64,000 nt of DNA from Promethearchaeia archaeon (GCA_029856145.1 JAHQWK010000001.1:224001-288000), one strand, 5' to 3'. Positions 1-10,149 are shown, counted from the first letter of the stretch. Program-made: numbers and translations. Notes: generated by a model from the sequence alone, not told the origin.

Positions 1-922
1 CATTGGTTTTAGCCCTTCATGGGAATTTGTTCTTGGATTAAAAGCAACTGATCGATTTGGTAAAGGACTTAGAACATCTTCTCGAGATACACTTATATCT
101 TATTACGCTATTGAAAAAGGAAAAGCTTTTGGAATGCATCGCGCAATGGATACATTAGGTGCTGTTGTTGGTTCCCTTCTAGCATTTCTTTTGTTAATTA
201 TGACATGGAGTTTTTCTGAAATTATATTTTTCTCAATTTTTCCAGGTATATGTGCTATCGTATTAATTATATTTATCAAAGATGTAGATCCAACAAAATT
301 AGATGAATCAAAGCTAAAATATTATGGGGAATCTAGAGAGGATAAAATTGATAGAAAGTTTATTAGACTTATTATAATTCTTGGTGTGATTGAATTTGCT
401 AGCTTAGATATTGCATTTCTTCAAATAAGATCTGAAGCCTATATAACTCCTGGATTACTTTTTCTAATTCCTGTCTTTTACTTGTTAACAAATATCGTTT
501 ATATGATTTTTTCCCCTATTACTGGTTCCTTATCAGATAAGGTTGGGCGTAAACCGGTAATTTTAAGTGGTCTATCAATACTCTTGTTTTCTTGCATATT
601 TTTAGCAATACCAATAGAATCTTCAATTTTTTCCCTTATTATAATCATAATAATATATGCTCTATTTGGTTTCTACTTAGCGTCTGTTGATCCTATCTCA
701 AGAGCATATATTGCAGATTTAGCGGGTAAAAATAAGAGAGGTCGAGCATATGGTTATTATTACCTCTCTGTAGGGTTAATTTCATTAGGTGAATCATTAA
801 TTTTTGGCTTAATTTATGATCTATTCTCGTTTTTTTGGGCTTTTATCTATATTTCAGTTCTATTATTTATTTGCATAATCGTATTTTCTATTACTGATTT
901 TTCAAAGATTATGCGAAAATGA
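1..922 (+). CDS. MFS transporter (5' end outside window)
   Basis: Frame is open from position 2 (IGFSPSWEFVLGLKATDRFGKGLRTSSRD..GKAFGMHRAMD); MFS motif A GSLSDKVGRKP; many TM segments. Confidence 0.9.
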   Translation, partial: IGFSPSWEFVLGLKATDRFGKGLRTSSRDTLISYYAIEKGKAFGMHRAMDTLGAVVGSLLAFLLLIMTWSFSEIIFFSIFPGICAIVLIIFIKDVDPTKLDESKLKYYGESREDKIDRKFIRLIIILGVIEFASLDIAFLQIRSEAYITPGLLFLIPVFYLLTNIVYMIFSPITGSLSDKVGRKPVILSGLSILLFSCIFLAIPIESSIFSLIIIIIIYALFGFYLASVDPISRAYIADLAGKNKRGRAYGYYYLSVGLISLGESLIFGLIYDLFSFFWAFIYISVLLFICIIVFSITDFSKIMRK

Positions 923-1009
923 AATTCCTTTAGAAATTCCGAATAATTTCAATTAATAACTAAACAGTTAAATAAATTGAATTATTGGTTGTGTAGGGTG
1001 GTAAATAAT

Positions 1010-1795
1010 ATGGGAGAAAATTATTGTCTTACTTCTAAAGATTTAGTTGAGACTGCCATGAAAGTAGCTAATAAAAATATGGACGATTTTAAAGTTGATC
1101 CTTATGTTATGATTGTCTTTTCTGGAAGTTTACTAGAATATTTGAAAGAAAAAGCTAATTTAGTGCAGTCAGATTGGTTGGCACCATTTCATCCTTACGG
1201 TGGCACAAGAATACATCGAGGAAAATATGATAACCTCCCTATTACAGTTATGATGCCTCAGATGGGCGCATCACCCATGGCTTCAGTTGCTGAGGATTTA
1301 ATCTTTTGTGGGGCAAAAGTAATTCTTCTCGTTTGTGGTTCATGGGGAATAAGTGATAAAGTAAAGCTTTTAGATTTCATTATCCCTACACATGCTTTAG
1401 GACCAGACGGCACTTCTATACATTACGGAAGAAAATTTAATGAAGAAATTGAATTAAATAAAGAGATCCTAAATATATTTATCGAGGAAACAAAAAAAAG
1501 AACTACAAAATACCACATAGGGAAAAACTACTCTAAAGAAGCATTTTATCGAATCAATAAACAAGAGATCTTTGAGTTACAGAAAAAAGGTTGTATTTCA
1601 ATGGAAAACGGAGAAGTTAATGTTTTGTCAACAATATGTAAATTAAATAACATAAAATTTGGAGTTATTTTTTATAGTTATTATAATCCTCTAGAGGATT
1701 GGAATGTTTCTTGGTTGGAAGAAGATTATAAAGATTGTGTAAACCTAGAAGGAGAAATTGCCTTAGCTACGATGTTAAAATTAAATAAAAAGTAA
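1010..1795 (+). CDS. Nucleoside phosphorylase (PNP/UDP family)
   Basis: MGASPMASVAEDLIFCGAK, GSWG, DGTSIHY and SMENGE motifs; ATG 1010 preferred to TTG 977. Confidence 0.8.
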   Translation: MGENYCLTSKDLVETAMKVANKNMDDFKVDPYVMIVFSGSLLEYLKEKANLVQSDWLAPFHPYGGTRIHRGKYDNLPITVMMPQMGASPMASVAEDLIFCGAKVILLVCGSWGISDKVKLLDFIIPTHALGPDGTSIHYGRKFNEEIELNKEILNIFIEETKKRTTKYHIGKNYSKEAFYRINKQEIFELQKKGCISMENGEVNVLSTICKLNNIKFGVIFYSYYNPLEDWNVSWLEEDYKDCVNLEGEIALATMLKLNKK

Positions 1796-1811
1796 TTAAT
1801 TAATATTGTAA

Positions 1812-3071
1812 TTAATTTTGTGTCCATAAGTGAGCTAGATATATCAGAACTTCCGTTGATTTTTGTAAAGCTAAAGTTGGGATGTACTCTTTTCTAGAGT
1901 GAAATAATAAACCTCCAGCAAAAATATTTGGTGTTGGAATTCCTTTAGCACTTAAACGGGCTCCATCTGTACCTCCCCTTATAGGATTAATTTTAACTTC
2001 TAATCCTGCTTTTTCAATTGCTTGTTTAGCTAAGTCAACAACTTGCGGTTTTTTATCTATATATGTAAACATGTTTTGATATTGATGTTTAAAATCGATT
2101 TCAATCTTTAAGCCAGGATAACGAATCTCATATGCTTTCTTTAGGTTTTTTAAATAATCCATCCGCCTTTTGTTATTTTCTTCTATAAAATCTCTAATTA
2201 ACATTCTGGAAGTAGCTTCCTCTGCTTTACCTTGTAATTTAGTTAAATGAAAAAAACCTTCCCTTTCCTCCGTATGTTCAGGTGATTCAGATTCGGGAAG
2301 CTCACTAAAAAACCTATTGGCAATCTGTATTGCGTTGATCATTTTATTTTTTGCATTTCCAGGATGAACGTTTAAACCTATAAATTTAGTTTGAGCTAAC
2401 CATGCATCAAAACATTCAAATTCCAATTCACCCATTTCACCACCATCAACAGTATAACATATTTTTGGAAGCTTTTTCATATTAACCTTATCAATTCCTA
2501 AACCAGTTTCTTCATCTGTAGTAAAACAAATGACTATTGGACCATGTTTTAATTCATCAAATTTTTTCCAAGCTGCACATGCAGCCATAATTTCAGCAAC
2601 ACCAGCTTTATCGTCAGCTCCTAACAAGGTATCCCCTTCAGATGTGATTATATCAAGACCTATATATTCTTCTAAATTCGGAGAATCATCAAAGGTTAAA
2701 ACTAGGTCCTTATTTTGAGTGAATTTTATCTCTTTTCCATCATAGTTACTATAAATTACGGGCTTTACATCTTTTCCACTAACAGAAGGTGAAGTATCCA
2801 CGTGTGCTAAAAAACCAATAGGTTTTACCTTTTCAAAACCTTTACTTGGCGGTAGAAAAGCATAAACAAATCCATATTCATCATGAATAATATCTTCAAG
2901 GTTTAATTTTTTTAATTCCTCCACTAACAACTTTCCAAGATCTAATTGAATTTTTGTTGAGGGAACAGTCTCTATCATCTCATCTGAAGTAGTCCAAACC
3001 TTCACATATCTTAAAAACCGTTCTAACGCTTCATTTAGCAAAAATTCCTGTATCTCTTTTGTGAGTTCCAT
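1812..3071 (-). CDS. pepT: Peptidase T (M20B tripeptidase)
   Basis: AHVDTS, LLGADDKAGVAEI, FTTDEETG, HPGNAK, PIRGGTDGARLS, HSRKE. Confidence 0.95.
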   Translation of the reverse strand: MELTKEIQEFLLNEALERFLRYVKVWTTSDEMIETVPSTKIQLDLGKLLVEELKKLNLEDIIHDEYGFVYAFLPPSKGFEKVKPIGFLAHVDTSPSVSGKDVKPVIYSNYDGKEIKFTQNKDLVLTFDDSPNLEEYIGLDIITSEGDTLLGADDKAGVAEIMAACAAWKKFDELKHGPIVICFTTDEETGLGIDKVNMKKLPKICYTVDGGEMGELEFECFDAWLAQTKFIGLNVHPGNAKNKMINAIQIANRFFSELPESESPEHTEEREGFFHLTKLQGKAEEATSRMLIRDFIEENNKRRMDYLKNLKKAYEIRYPGLKIEIDFKHQYQNMFTYIDKKPQVVDLAKQAIEKAGLEVKINPIRGGTDGARLSAKGIPTPNIFAGGLLFHSRKEYIPTLALQKSTEVLIYLAHLWTQN

Positions 3072-3130
3072 ATCACTAAAAATTAATCTTAAATTTTAAA
3101 GTTGAATGATATTTCAAAAAATATGAAATT

Positions 3131-3928
3131 TCATCGCCCTTTGAATCTTGGTTCTCTTTTTTTCATAAAGGATTTCATTCCTTCACCAAAATCATAAGTT
3201 CTTATATTTTTACAATATAATTTAAATTCATTTTGTAATGATGGAAATAATTCATTAAATTGTGAAAAGTTCAACATAGCTTTATTATATCCAAGGCATT
3301 TTGTTGGTAGATTTACTATCTTTTTTATAAATTCTAATGATTTTTGTTTGAACACTTCATTGGGGTATACTTGATTAACTAATCCAATCTCTAAAGCTTC
3401 TTTTGCATCAAGATGCCGTCCAGTTAATATTATATCTGTTGCCCGTCCAAAGCCAACAATCCTAGGAAGAAACCAGGTTGCTCCACTTAATACACCATGA
3501 GCTCTTGTAGTACGATGATCTCCAATCTTTAAATTCTCTGCGGCTAATCTAAAATCACAAGCAAGAGCAATGTCAAATCCAGCTCCTAAGCAATAACCAT
3601 GTAATAACGCTATAACTGGTTTTTCTATTTCTCGAATTAAACAAACTACTTTATGATGGGGTATTCGTGAACCATCTTCTAAGGCTGAGAATTTAACACC
3701 TTCTGGGCCCATACTTTTCATATCATCACCAGAACAAAAACTTTTACCACTTCCTTCTATAACAATTACTCGAATTGATTTATCTTTCTTAACATATTCC
3801 AATACTTCCATAATTTCCAGTAATAAGGGATATTGTAAAGCATTCAATTTTTCTGGGCGATTAAGTGTGATGCTACAAATTCCATCTTCAATATTACATA
3901 AAATGAACTTATAATTCTTATCTAAAAT
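3131..3928 (-). CDS. Enoyl-CoA hydratase/isomerase (crotonase) family
   Basis: FCSGDD, KPVIALLHGYCLGAGFDIALACD; conserved N-terminus DGICSITLNRPEKLNA lies in frame upstream of the ORF-track start (3847); start codon uncertain (ATT 3928 or ATC 3931). Confidence 0.88.
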   Translation of the reverse strand: MLDKNYKFILCNIEDGICSITLNRPEKLNALQYPLLLEIMEVLEYVKKDKSIRVIVIEGSGKSFCSGDDMKSMGPEGVKFSALEDGSRIPHHKVVCLIREIEKPVIALLHGYCLGAGFDIALACDFRLAAENLKIGDHRTTRAHGVLSGATWFLPRIVGFGRATDIILTGRHLDAKEALEIGLVNQVYPNEVFKQKSLEFIKKIVNLPTKCLGYNKAMLNFSQFNELFPSLQNEFKLYCKNIRTYDFGEGMKSFMKKREPRFKGR

Positions 3929-4078
3929 GATACTTCTCTCCTTATTTTAATTATCTGAATAAGTAATGGATTGATTAATTTAATATTAACCTATGAAGTA
4001 TTAATTAAAAGTATATAAACAAGATTAGAAAAATAATTATCATCTCAGAATTAAAAGAAAGGAAAAAAATAAATTTTA

Positions 4079-4747
4079 TTACCAAATTTCGAATTTTTCA
4101 TCAATTTTGGCACCATAGACAATTAAATAAGGAATAACTAAATCAAATACACTTTGCCAGGCATTTATTAAAGGGAATCCAATCATTATTGCTGTGAGTC
4201 CTGTAATTTCGGGATGACCTAAAAATTCTAAGCTTACATAAGCAATAAATGGAGCATAAACGGTTAAAGCGAGAACTATATTTAAAAGTAAAGTAACTAA
4301 TACTCTAAGTCCAGTTCCTAATGTTCCATGTATTATGTATTTTTTTGGTACTTTAATCACTTGGCTTTTTCTTATTCCTTCCTCTTTCTTATATAATTTT
4401 AAAAATATTATTGGAACAATAATCAATGATATAGTTGCAGCAAACTTCATCAAGGGCCCCCAAGGTGCATTCGCAAGATCAGCGAACATTAGAGTAACTG
4501 TACCGATAATGGAACAAAGCAAACCAGACCTAACTCCAAATATTAAAAAACAAGTAATCCAAATAAATGAAACAGGATCTAAAATAGCAATTGGCATTCC
4601 TGGAACTCTTGGTAAATAAGGCGCAGTGAAAACACTTAATATTGTGGAAAGCGCCCCAAAAATAGCAGCTCCAGCAATTTCCAATGTATATAATGTTTTC
4701 CCTGATAATTTCGATTCTTTTTCTTTTACAACATCTGTTTCAGACAT
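4079..4747 (-). CDS. ECF transporter S component (substrate unknown)
   Basis: About 6 TM helices, IAGAAIFGALS (AxxxA) first helix, ILDPVSF motif. Confidence 0.7.
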   Translation of the reverse strand: MSETDVVKEKESKLSGKTLYTLEIAGAAIFGALSTILSVFTAPYLPRVPGMPIAILDPVSFIWITCFLIFGVRSGLLCSIIGTVTLMFADLANAPWGPLMKFAATISLIIVPIIFLKLYKKEEGIRKSQVIKVPKKYIIHGTLGTGLRVLVTLLLNIVLALTVYAPFIAYVSLEFLGHPEITGLTAIMIGFPLINAWQSVFDLVIPYLIVYGAKIDEKFEIW

Positions 4748-4785
4748 TTTTACATTTTAAGATTGTTATTTAATTACTATTCTTG

Positions 4786-4829
4786 AGGTAAAATGTGTTT
4801 AAGTATTTAAATTGTTTAAGGTAAAATGT
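4786..4829. promoter_or_regulatory. 11-bp direct repeat AGGTAAAATGT x2 flanking a TATA-like box of the ECF-S gene
   Basis: Exact copies at 4786-4796 and 4819-4829; TTTAAATA on the minus strand between them. Confidence 0.4.
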
Positions 4830-4998
4830 AATTTATAATTAAAACTTAAATAAGAGATTGTAAACAGAATTCTATAAGAGAAATTAAAAATTGATTTATG
4901 TCTTCGAACATCTAATTAATTAAAATATAATTTTTAAAGTATTTTAATTTATATCTTACTATCTTTAATTATTGATCTACTCATTTTTGGAGATTAAA

Positions 4999-6354
4999 TC
5001 ATTTTAATAATTTTTTTTCTTTTGCATCCAAATCTAGCCAATCAGTTACATTTTTGAGTTGTTTTCTTGAAGTACCACATAAAATCTTCAAAAACGGAAG
5101 AAAATCTTGAATGAAATCAATCTGAGAAATTTCATACCTTCTTTTGATTTTATCTACAAAATCTCTCTCTACACTCATCAAAGAAAAATAAGTTCCAGAC
5201 CTGTATCGCGGAAATACAACTCTTTGAAATCCCTTTGATATTGGGGTTTCTTTTCTAGAGAGAGCAACTCCTCCGGCAAAAAGGTCGAAAAAATAAGGCA
5301 GTAAACCCCAATATTGAGTAGTACGAATTCTACCGAAAATTTCATCTGCTAATGAAAGGTTCTCAAAAGCGTTGGTAAGTTCTCTATTAGATTTTATAAA
5401 CGTAAGGAGATTTTCATTTATCCATTTGTATAAGAAATTGTAATCAACATCTGACTTATTAGTCAGATTTCGAGCTTCTCTTAAAGAAGTTACTTTAAAT
5501 AAATCTCTAATTAATGTAAAAATTTCTTCTAAATTATCACGACGTAAACTCAGAATTAGTTCTTTAATATCCCCTTCTATCTTGCCTTGACCAATTCCTT
5601 GAATATCATTAATTACCCCTCTCAAATCACCATTGTTTTTATCTATTATTAATTCTAAATACTCATTTTTAAGAGTAGTAATATTTTCCTTCTTTAGAAT
5701 ATTTTTTGCAATCTTAATTACTTCTTTTTTTGGTAAAGCATGTACCTCATACCTTTTAATCTTATTATAGAGCGTTTGTAGATTCGTTTTATATTCATTA
5801 GAACACATTATAATGGGAAACTGTGTATTTTGGATTAAATCTATCACAGTAGGAATGGCGCCCCTATCTTGAACTCCATAAATCCCATCAATTTCATCAA
5901 TTAGTATTAATTTCTCTTTAGATTCGGTAATAAAATCCATAATCCCACGAGATTTAGTAGTTTCTTTCAATCGTCTTTCTAATGTACTCCTTGTTCGTGT
6001 ATCAGATGCGTTAGTTTCTATTACTTCCATATTAAAATCATTAGCAAGCGCATAGACTATAGAAGTTTTTCCAATTCCGGGTGGACCTTCTAATAAAACA
6101 GCAGCTTTTTCAGTAGCTATTCGTTTCTCTTCTTTTTGATCCTTTTCAATAGCGGTTCTATTAAATTCTCGAATCCGTTTATTCTCTTTATTAACTCTCT
6201 TCCTTTCTTCAAAGAATTGGTTTAAAAAATTCGTTAATTCTTCATCTAATTTGACTCGCTGTCTGCCAAGCCTAGCAGTGGGTAAAGCCATTTCTTTGAT
6301 GCTTTTTGGACGATATTTTTCAACCCATGGAATATCCGGATTTCTTTTTGACAT
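4999..6354 (-). CDS. rfcL: Replication factor C large subunit
   Basis: PWVEKYRP, GPPGIGKT, ETNASDTR, LILIDEIDG, GDLRGVIND, LSLADEIFGRI. Confidence 0.92.
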   Translation of the reverse strand: MSKRNPDIPWVEKYRPKSIKEMALPTARLGRQRVKLDEELTNFLNQFFEERKRVNKENKRIREFNRTAIEKDQKEEKRIATEKAAVLLEGPPGIGKTSIVYALANDFNMEVIETNASDTRTRSTLERRLKETTKSRGIMDFITESKEKLILIDEIDGIYGVQDRGAIPTVIDLIQNTQFPIIMCSNEYKTNLQTLYNKIKRYEVHALPKKEVIKIAKNILKKENITTLKNEYLELIIDKNNGDLRGVINDIQGIGQGKIEGDIKELILSLRRDNLEEIFTLIRDLFKVTSLREARNLTNKSDVDYNFLYKWINENLLTFIKSNRELTNAFENLSLADEIFGRIRTTQYWGLLPYFFDLFAGGVALSRKETPISKGFQRVVFPRYRSGTYFSLMSVERDFVDKIKRRYEISQIDFIQDFLPFLKILCGTSRKQLKNVTDWLDLDAKEKKLLK

Positions 6355-6367
6355 TTGCTTTACTTAC

Positions 6368-7414
6368 TCACATATATTCTGAAAATAGACAAATTTTTGA
6401 TAACAGAGCAGAAACTTGAATATCATTATCCCTACCATCAAGAGATCTGAAATCAGAGTCTGCAATTAAATTAATCAAATTAATACGGGTAAATTTACTT
6501 AGGGGTAATTTATTTATTTCAATAAGTAAGAGATTGTACAATTCATGAGCACTATATTTATAGTTAGAAAGAATATTTCGTGTTAGTTCTCGAGTTTTTG
6601 GAAAATCTCCTTTAAAAGCTACCATTAAAAGACTTCTTATTAGGTCATTATGAAATTTTTGAGAATTTTCATACAGACTTTCAGTGGTAATGGTATTACT
6701 AGAAATGCTACTCAATTGCAAAACATCTATGGCTCTCGAGATTTTACCATCCGAAATCCGATATAGAATTTCAATACAATCATCTGATATTTTTAAAGAT
6801 TCTTTTTTAGCGATATTAAGAATTAAATCTTTAAACTCATCTAACTTAACTCGAGAAATTAAAATAATTTGACATCTACTAATAATAGGATTAATTATAC
6901 TTGAAATTTTAGTGGTTATTAAAATCATCCTACAATTTGTACCGTAAATTTCCATCAATCTTCTAAAGCCTTGTTGATTTGAGCCTAAGACTTCAAAATT
7001 GTTTACTACAAGAATTTTAAATGGAGCATCTCCTAAGACTTTCAACTGAACAAATGGTTTTACTCTTACTTGAATAAAAGCAGGTGTAGTTATTCTTTTT
7101 CCAGCAATACTTCCTATTTTATTTGTAGATACATATGCATCTGCTCTTGCTTGTTTTCTTTCTTCGTCACTTAAAGGAACGTTAGCATAAACCAATTTAA
7201 AATTTGCATCATAATTTTTATCAAGAAATTCCTTTGAAAACAATTGGGTAATCATAGTTTTTCCGATCCCCCTTGAACCTACAAATAATAAATGTGGAAA
7301 ATTTTTTTGTTGAATTATATGTTTTAAGGTTTCTTTAACCTTTTTTCTTCCACAAACTTGGTCCAAATTCTTTGGATGATACTTAATTCGCCATATGGGA
7401 ATTTCATCACTCAA
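6368..7414 (-). CDS. rfcS: Divergent RFC small subunit with degenerate Walker B
   Basis: IWRIKYHP, PHLLFVGSRGIGKT, ILVVNNFE in place of ILDEAD, SRC motif kept; TTG start. Confidence 0.85.
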   Translation of the reverse strand: MSDEIPIWRIKYHPKNLDQVCGRKKVKETLKHIIQQKNFPHLLFVGSRGIGKTMITQLFSKEFLDKNYDANFKLVYANVPLSDEERKQARADAYVSTNKIGSIAGKRITTPAFIQVRVKPFVQLKVLGDAPFKILVVNNFEVLGSNQQGFRRLMEIYGTNCRMILITTKISSIINPIISRCQIILISRVKLDEFKDLILNIAKKESLKISDDCIEILYRISDGKISRAIDVLQLSSISSNTITTESLYENSQKFHNDLIRSLLMVAFKGDFPKTRELTRNILSNYKYSAHELYNLLLIEINKLPLSKFTRINLINLIADSDFRSLDGRDNDIQVSALLSKICLFSEYM

Positions 7415-7445
7415 ATCAAATACCTTATCTTTATTATATTTAAGA

Positions 7446-8411
7446 TTAAATATTCTCTATAATCATTGCTAATAATGCGGAAATCTGTATTTGTTCATCT
7501 GCTCCCTTGCTTATCCTATAATCTATTTCTCCAATAAAAGCTCTTAAATTAACAATATTTTCAGAGGTTAAATTTAATGATGGAAAAATTTCCGAAATTT
7601 GTCTAATGAAATTACGACTATCAAGAATTTCAATAGACTCTATTATCTCTCCCGATTTTATAATATCTTTGCTTTCTAGAGCCGTAATTAACTTTTCTAA
7701 AGTTTCCTCATCTAAAAATCCTGAAATTTTTAAAATTTCATTTATATCTAAATTCTCCAGGAGATCAAGAGCAACCGCCATCTGAAGAGTATTAATAGCT
7801 TTTCTTAAATCTCCTCCTGATATAAAAAATATTTGATTATAAAATTCCTCTGATCTATCAGAAGGTATTTTCAATTTCTCTTTATCAGCGATATACTTTA
7901 ATCTCTCGATTATCATTTCTTTTGGTAAACTTACAAACCTGAATACAGCACATCGAGATATTATTGGATCTATTATTCTATTTATGTAATTACACAAAAG
8001 TATGAATTTTATGTTATTTGATGTTTTTTCTATAATTCTTCTTAGAGCTTGCTGAACTTGCCCCGGAATATTGTCAGCCTCATCTAATATTACAAATTTT
8101 AAAGAGCCATCTTTTATTAAACTTTGATTAACAAAATTCTTAAGAACATTTCTTACAAAATCTATTCTTACTGTATCAGAGGCATTTAATTCTAAAAGGT
8201 TTGTGTCTAACTGTTCATCTTTAAGAAATTTCCTTGCTATAATTAATGCAGTACTGGTTTTTCCAGTTCCTGCAGGCCCAGTAAAGATTAAATGAGGAAT
8301 ATTAGTACTCTTTACGAATTTTTTAAGATTGTTAATAGCGATACTTTGACTTACAATATCAGAAAATGTCCTTGGGCGATACCTCTCGACCCACGGGATT
8401 TCTAAACTCAT
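7446..8411 (-). CDS. rfcS: Replication factor C small subunit
   Basis: PWVERYRP, GPAGTGKT, ELNASD, ILDEAD, QQALRR, SRC, GDLRKAIN. Confidence 0.95.
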   Translation of the reverse strand: MSLEIPWVERYRPRTFSDIVSQSIAINNLKKFVKSTNIPHLIFTGPAGTGKTSTALIIARKFLKDEQLDTNLLELNASDTVRIDFVRNVLKNFVNQSLIKDGSLKFVILDEADNIPGQVQQALRRIIEKTSNNIKFILLCNYINRIIDPIISRCAVFRFVSLPKEMIIERLKYIADKEKLKIPSDRSEEFYNQIFFISGGDLRKAINTLQMAVALDLLENLDINEILKISGFLDEETLEKLITALESKDIIKSGEIIESIEILDSRNFIRQISEIFPSLNLTSENIVNLRAFIGEIDYRISKGADEQIQISALLAMIIENI

Positions 8412-8420
8412 CTTCTCAAA

Positions 8421-8903
8421 TTATTCTTTATTTCCTTTACTTTCTTTCGTTAAGTCTAATTCTAAAACCTCATAAACCTTTTTGAAATTCATTTTTTCAT
8501 AGAGCTTAGAAGCTTCTACTGCTTTTTCCTTAATATTTACTCTAATTTTCTCAACTTTTATCTTTCTCAAATGCACTAAAGCTTTTTCTAATAAAAGACT
8601 CCCTGCTCCTTTCTTTCTATACTGTTCTTTCAGAAAAAATTGCTTGATATATCCCTCAGATGAGCCAAATGGGTCAATTCGCAGCTCTGCAATAATCATT
8701 CCTATAATTTCATCAGAATCTTCATCAATAGCTATTAATATTCCATGACGTTGAAGAGGATCATAAAGACGACGTCTAATTCCCCAATCAAATCGTTTTG
8801 GATCAAAATCTTGTCCCAAACTTTCAACTAATTGTTGTGTTAATTCTCTTAAATCATCAATGTTTTCGGGATTAGCAACTAGTACTTTAATATTTGAACT
8901 CAT
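8421..8903 (-). CDS. GNAT family acetyltransferase
   Basis: Motif A QYRKKGAGSLLL and motif B ASKLYEKMNF. Confidence 0.85.
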   Translation of the reverse strand: MSSNIKVLVANPENIDDLRELTQQLVESLGQDFDPKRFDWGIRRRLYDPLQRHGILIAIDEDSDEIIGMIIAELRIDPFGSSEGYIKQFFLKEQYRKKGAGSLLLEKALVHLRKIKVEKIRVNIKEKAVEASKLYEKMNFKKVYEVLELDLTKESKGNKE

Positions 8904-9085
8904 GTTAAACCATCGTAAATGTCATATACTTTTTTATTAAAATAATTATTGCTATTTTACCATTTAAATTTTCTTGACTTAAAATTGATAAAATAACAAA
9001 TGAGATGTTAATTAATACAGCCTTTAATTAAAACAATGGCTTTTTAAAAAAATTAAAATAAAATATTCTTTTACAAATAAAAATG

Positions 9086-9373
9086 TTAAAAATGGCGCGC
9101 AGATGTCCCATCCCAAACTCTAACACTTTCATTTATCCATTCACATTTTGGACATTTATCTGGAAGCTCCCAACTTTCGAGAGCTGGATGTATACGGCAG
9201 TATAAACCTCCACAATTCGCACAAACGAGATATTTTGCTCCACAACCCGCACACATCTTTAATTGGCCATCCTCAACAAATGGAAAGGCTCTTTTCATCC
9301 ATTCATCGGTGGCTAAAGAGAACTGACTCTTTCCACAAACTATACAATGTACCCCATCCTCTTCATGACTCAT
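9086..9373 (-). CDS. Cys-rich zinc-ribbon protein
   Basis: Four CxxC pairs (CIVC, CAGC, CANC, CPKC) plus CxxH in 95 aa. Confidence 0.75.
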   Translation of the reverse strand: MSHEEDGVHCIVCGKSQFSLATDEWMKRAFPFVEDGQLKMCAGCGAKYLVCANCGGLYCRIHPALESWELPDKCPKCEWINESVRVWDGTSARHF

Positions 9374-9555
9374 ATTATCTTCACACTAAACTTTTCATTT
9401 AATTTAACAAATGTATATTGTAATAGTATTTTATACTTTTTCTATGTAGTAATATTTATTTAATAATAAATCTACAAATTAAATATTTTCTTAAAAGTAA
9501 AGATTAATTAAAAAATAAATTACGATTGGTAAAATATGAAAAAGATTTTTCTTCA

Positions 9556-9879
9556 CTACATATCTAATTTCTTAGTAGTTCCAGCACCTTTTACTTCTGG
9601 ATTGACCGTTTCAATATTTTGAAGTATAGTAAATATTGTATCTTCTTCTAAAGCTTCTTTAAAAGCTAGATACATCTCTTTATTCCTTATAAATAATCCC
9701 TTTCTTTTCATGGGATTACCATCGCTTTTTAATGGATTTACCTCTATAAATAATAGTGCGGGTCTTGTTTTAGTCTCAGGAACTTTAACTATAAAAACAC
9801 CGGGAACAGGAGTCTCCATTTTTGACCAATCTTTTCCATTTTTTAAATGCTCTTTCAATTGTGCTTGAACATCTGCCAT
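9556..9879 (-). CDS. Small conserved protein, possible PC4-like nucleic-acid-binding fold
   Basis: IEVNPLKSDGNPMKRKGLFI resembles the PC4 DG..P.KKGI hairpin followed by a helix. Confidence 0.5.
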   Translation of the reverse strand: MADVQAQLKEHLKNGKDWSKMETPVPGVFIVKVPETKTRPALLFIEVNPLKSDGNPMKRKGLFIRNKEMYLAFKEALEEDTIFTILQNIETVNPEVKGAGTTKKLDM

Positions 9880-9900
9880 TTAAATTCACTTTTAATTTTA

Positions 9901-9928
9901 CATTATATGTTACATGTTACATATAATG
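9901..9928. promoter_or_regulatory. 28-bp near-perfect palindrome, operator candidate
   Basis: CATTATATGT-T-ACATGT-T-ACATATAATG between a minus-strand TTTTTATATA box (9931-9940) and the start at 9879. Confidence 0.55.
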
Positions 9929-10149
9929 CATATATAAAAATTTTTGGAAAAAAATAAAATCTCATAATAAACTAAATATTTTGAAATTATTGCCAAATAT
10001 TAAAAAGCTCGGATAAAATTATTTTAAACTAATACTAAAGGTATATTCGCGTTCTGTCGGATTTCTGGGGGTCAATTTCCACTGAATCTTTAAATATATC
10101 ACTCTCGTATATATTTTTATCAATTAAATAAAAATTTTAGATGTTTGTG

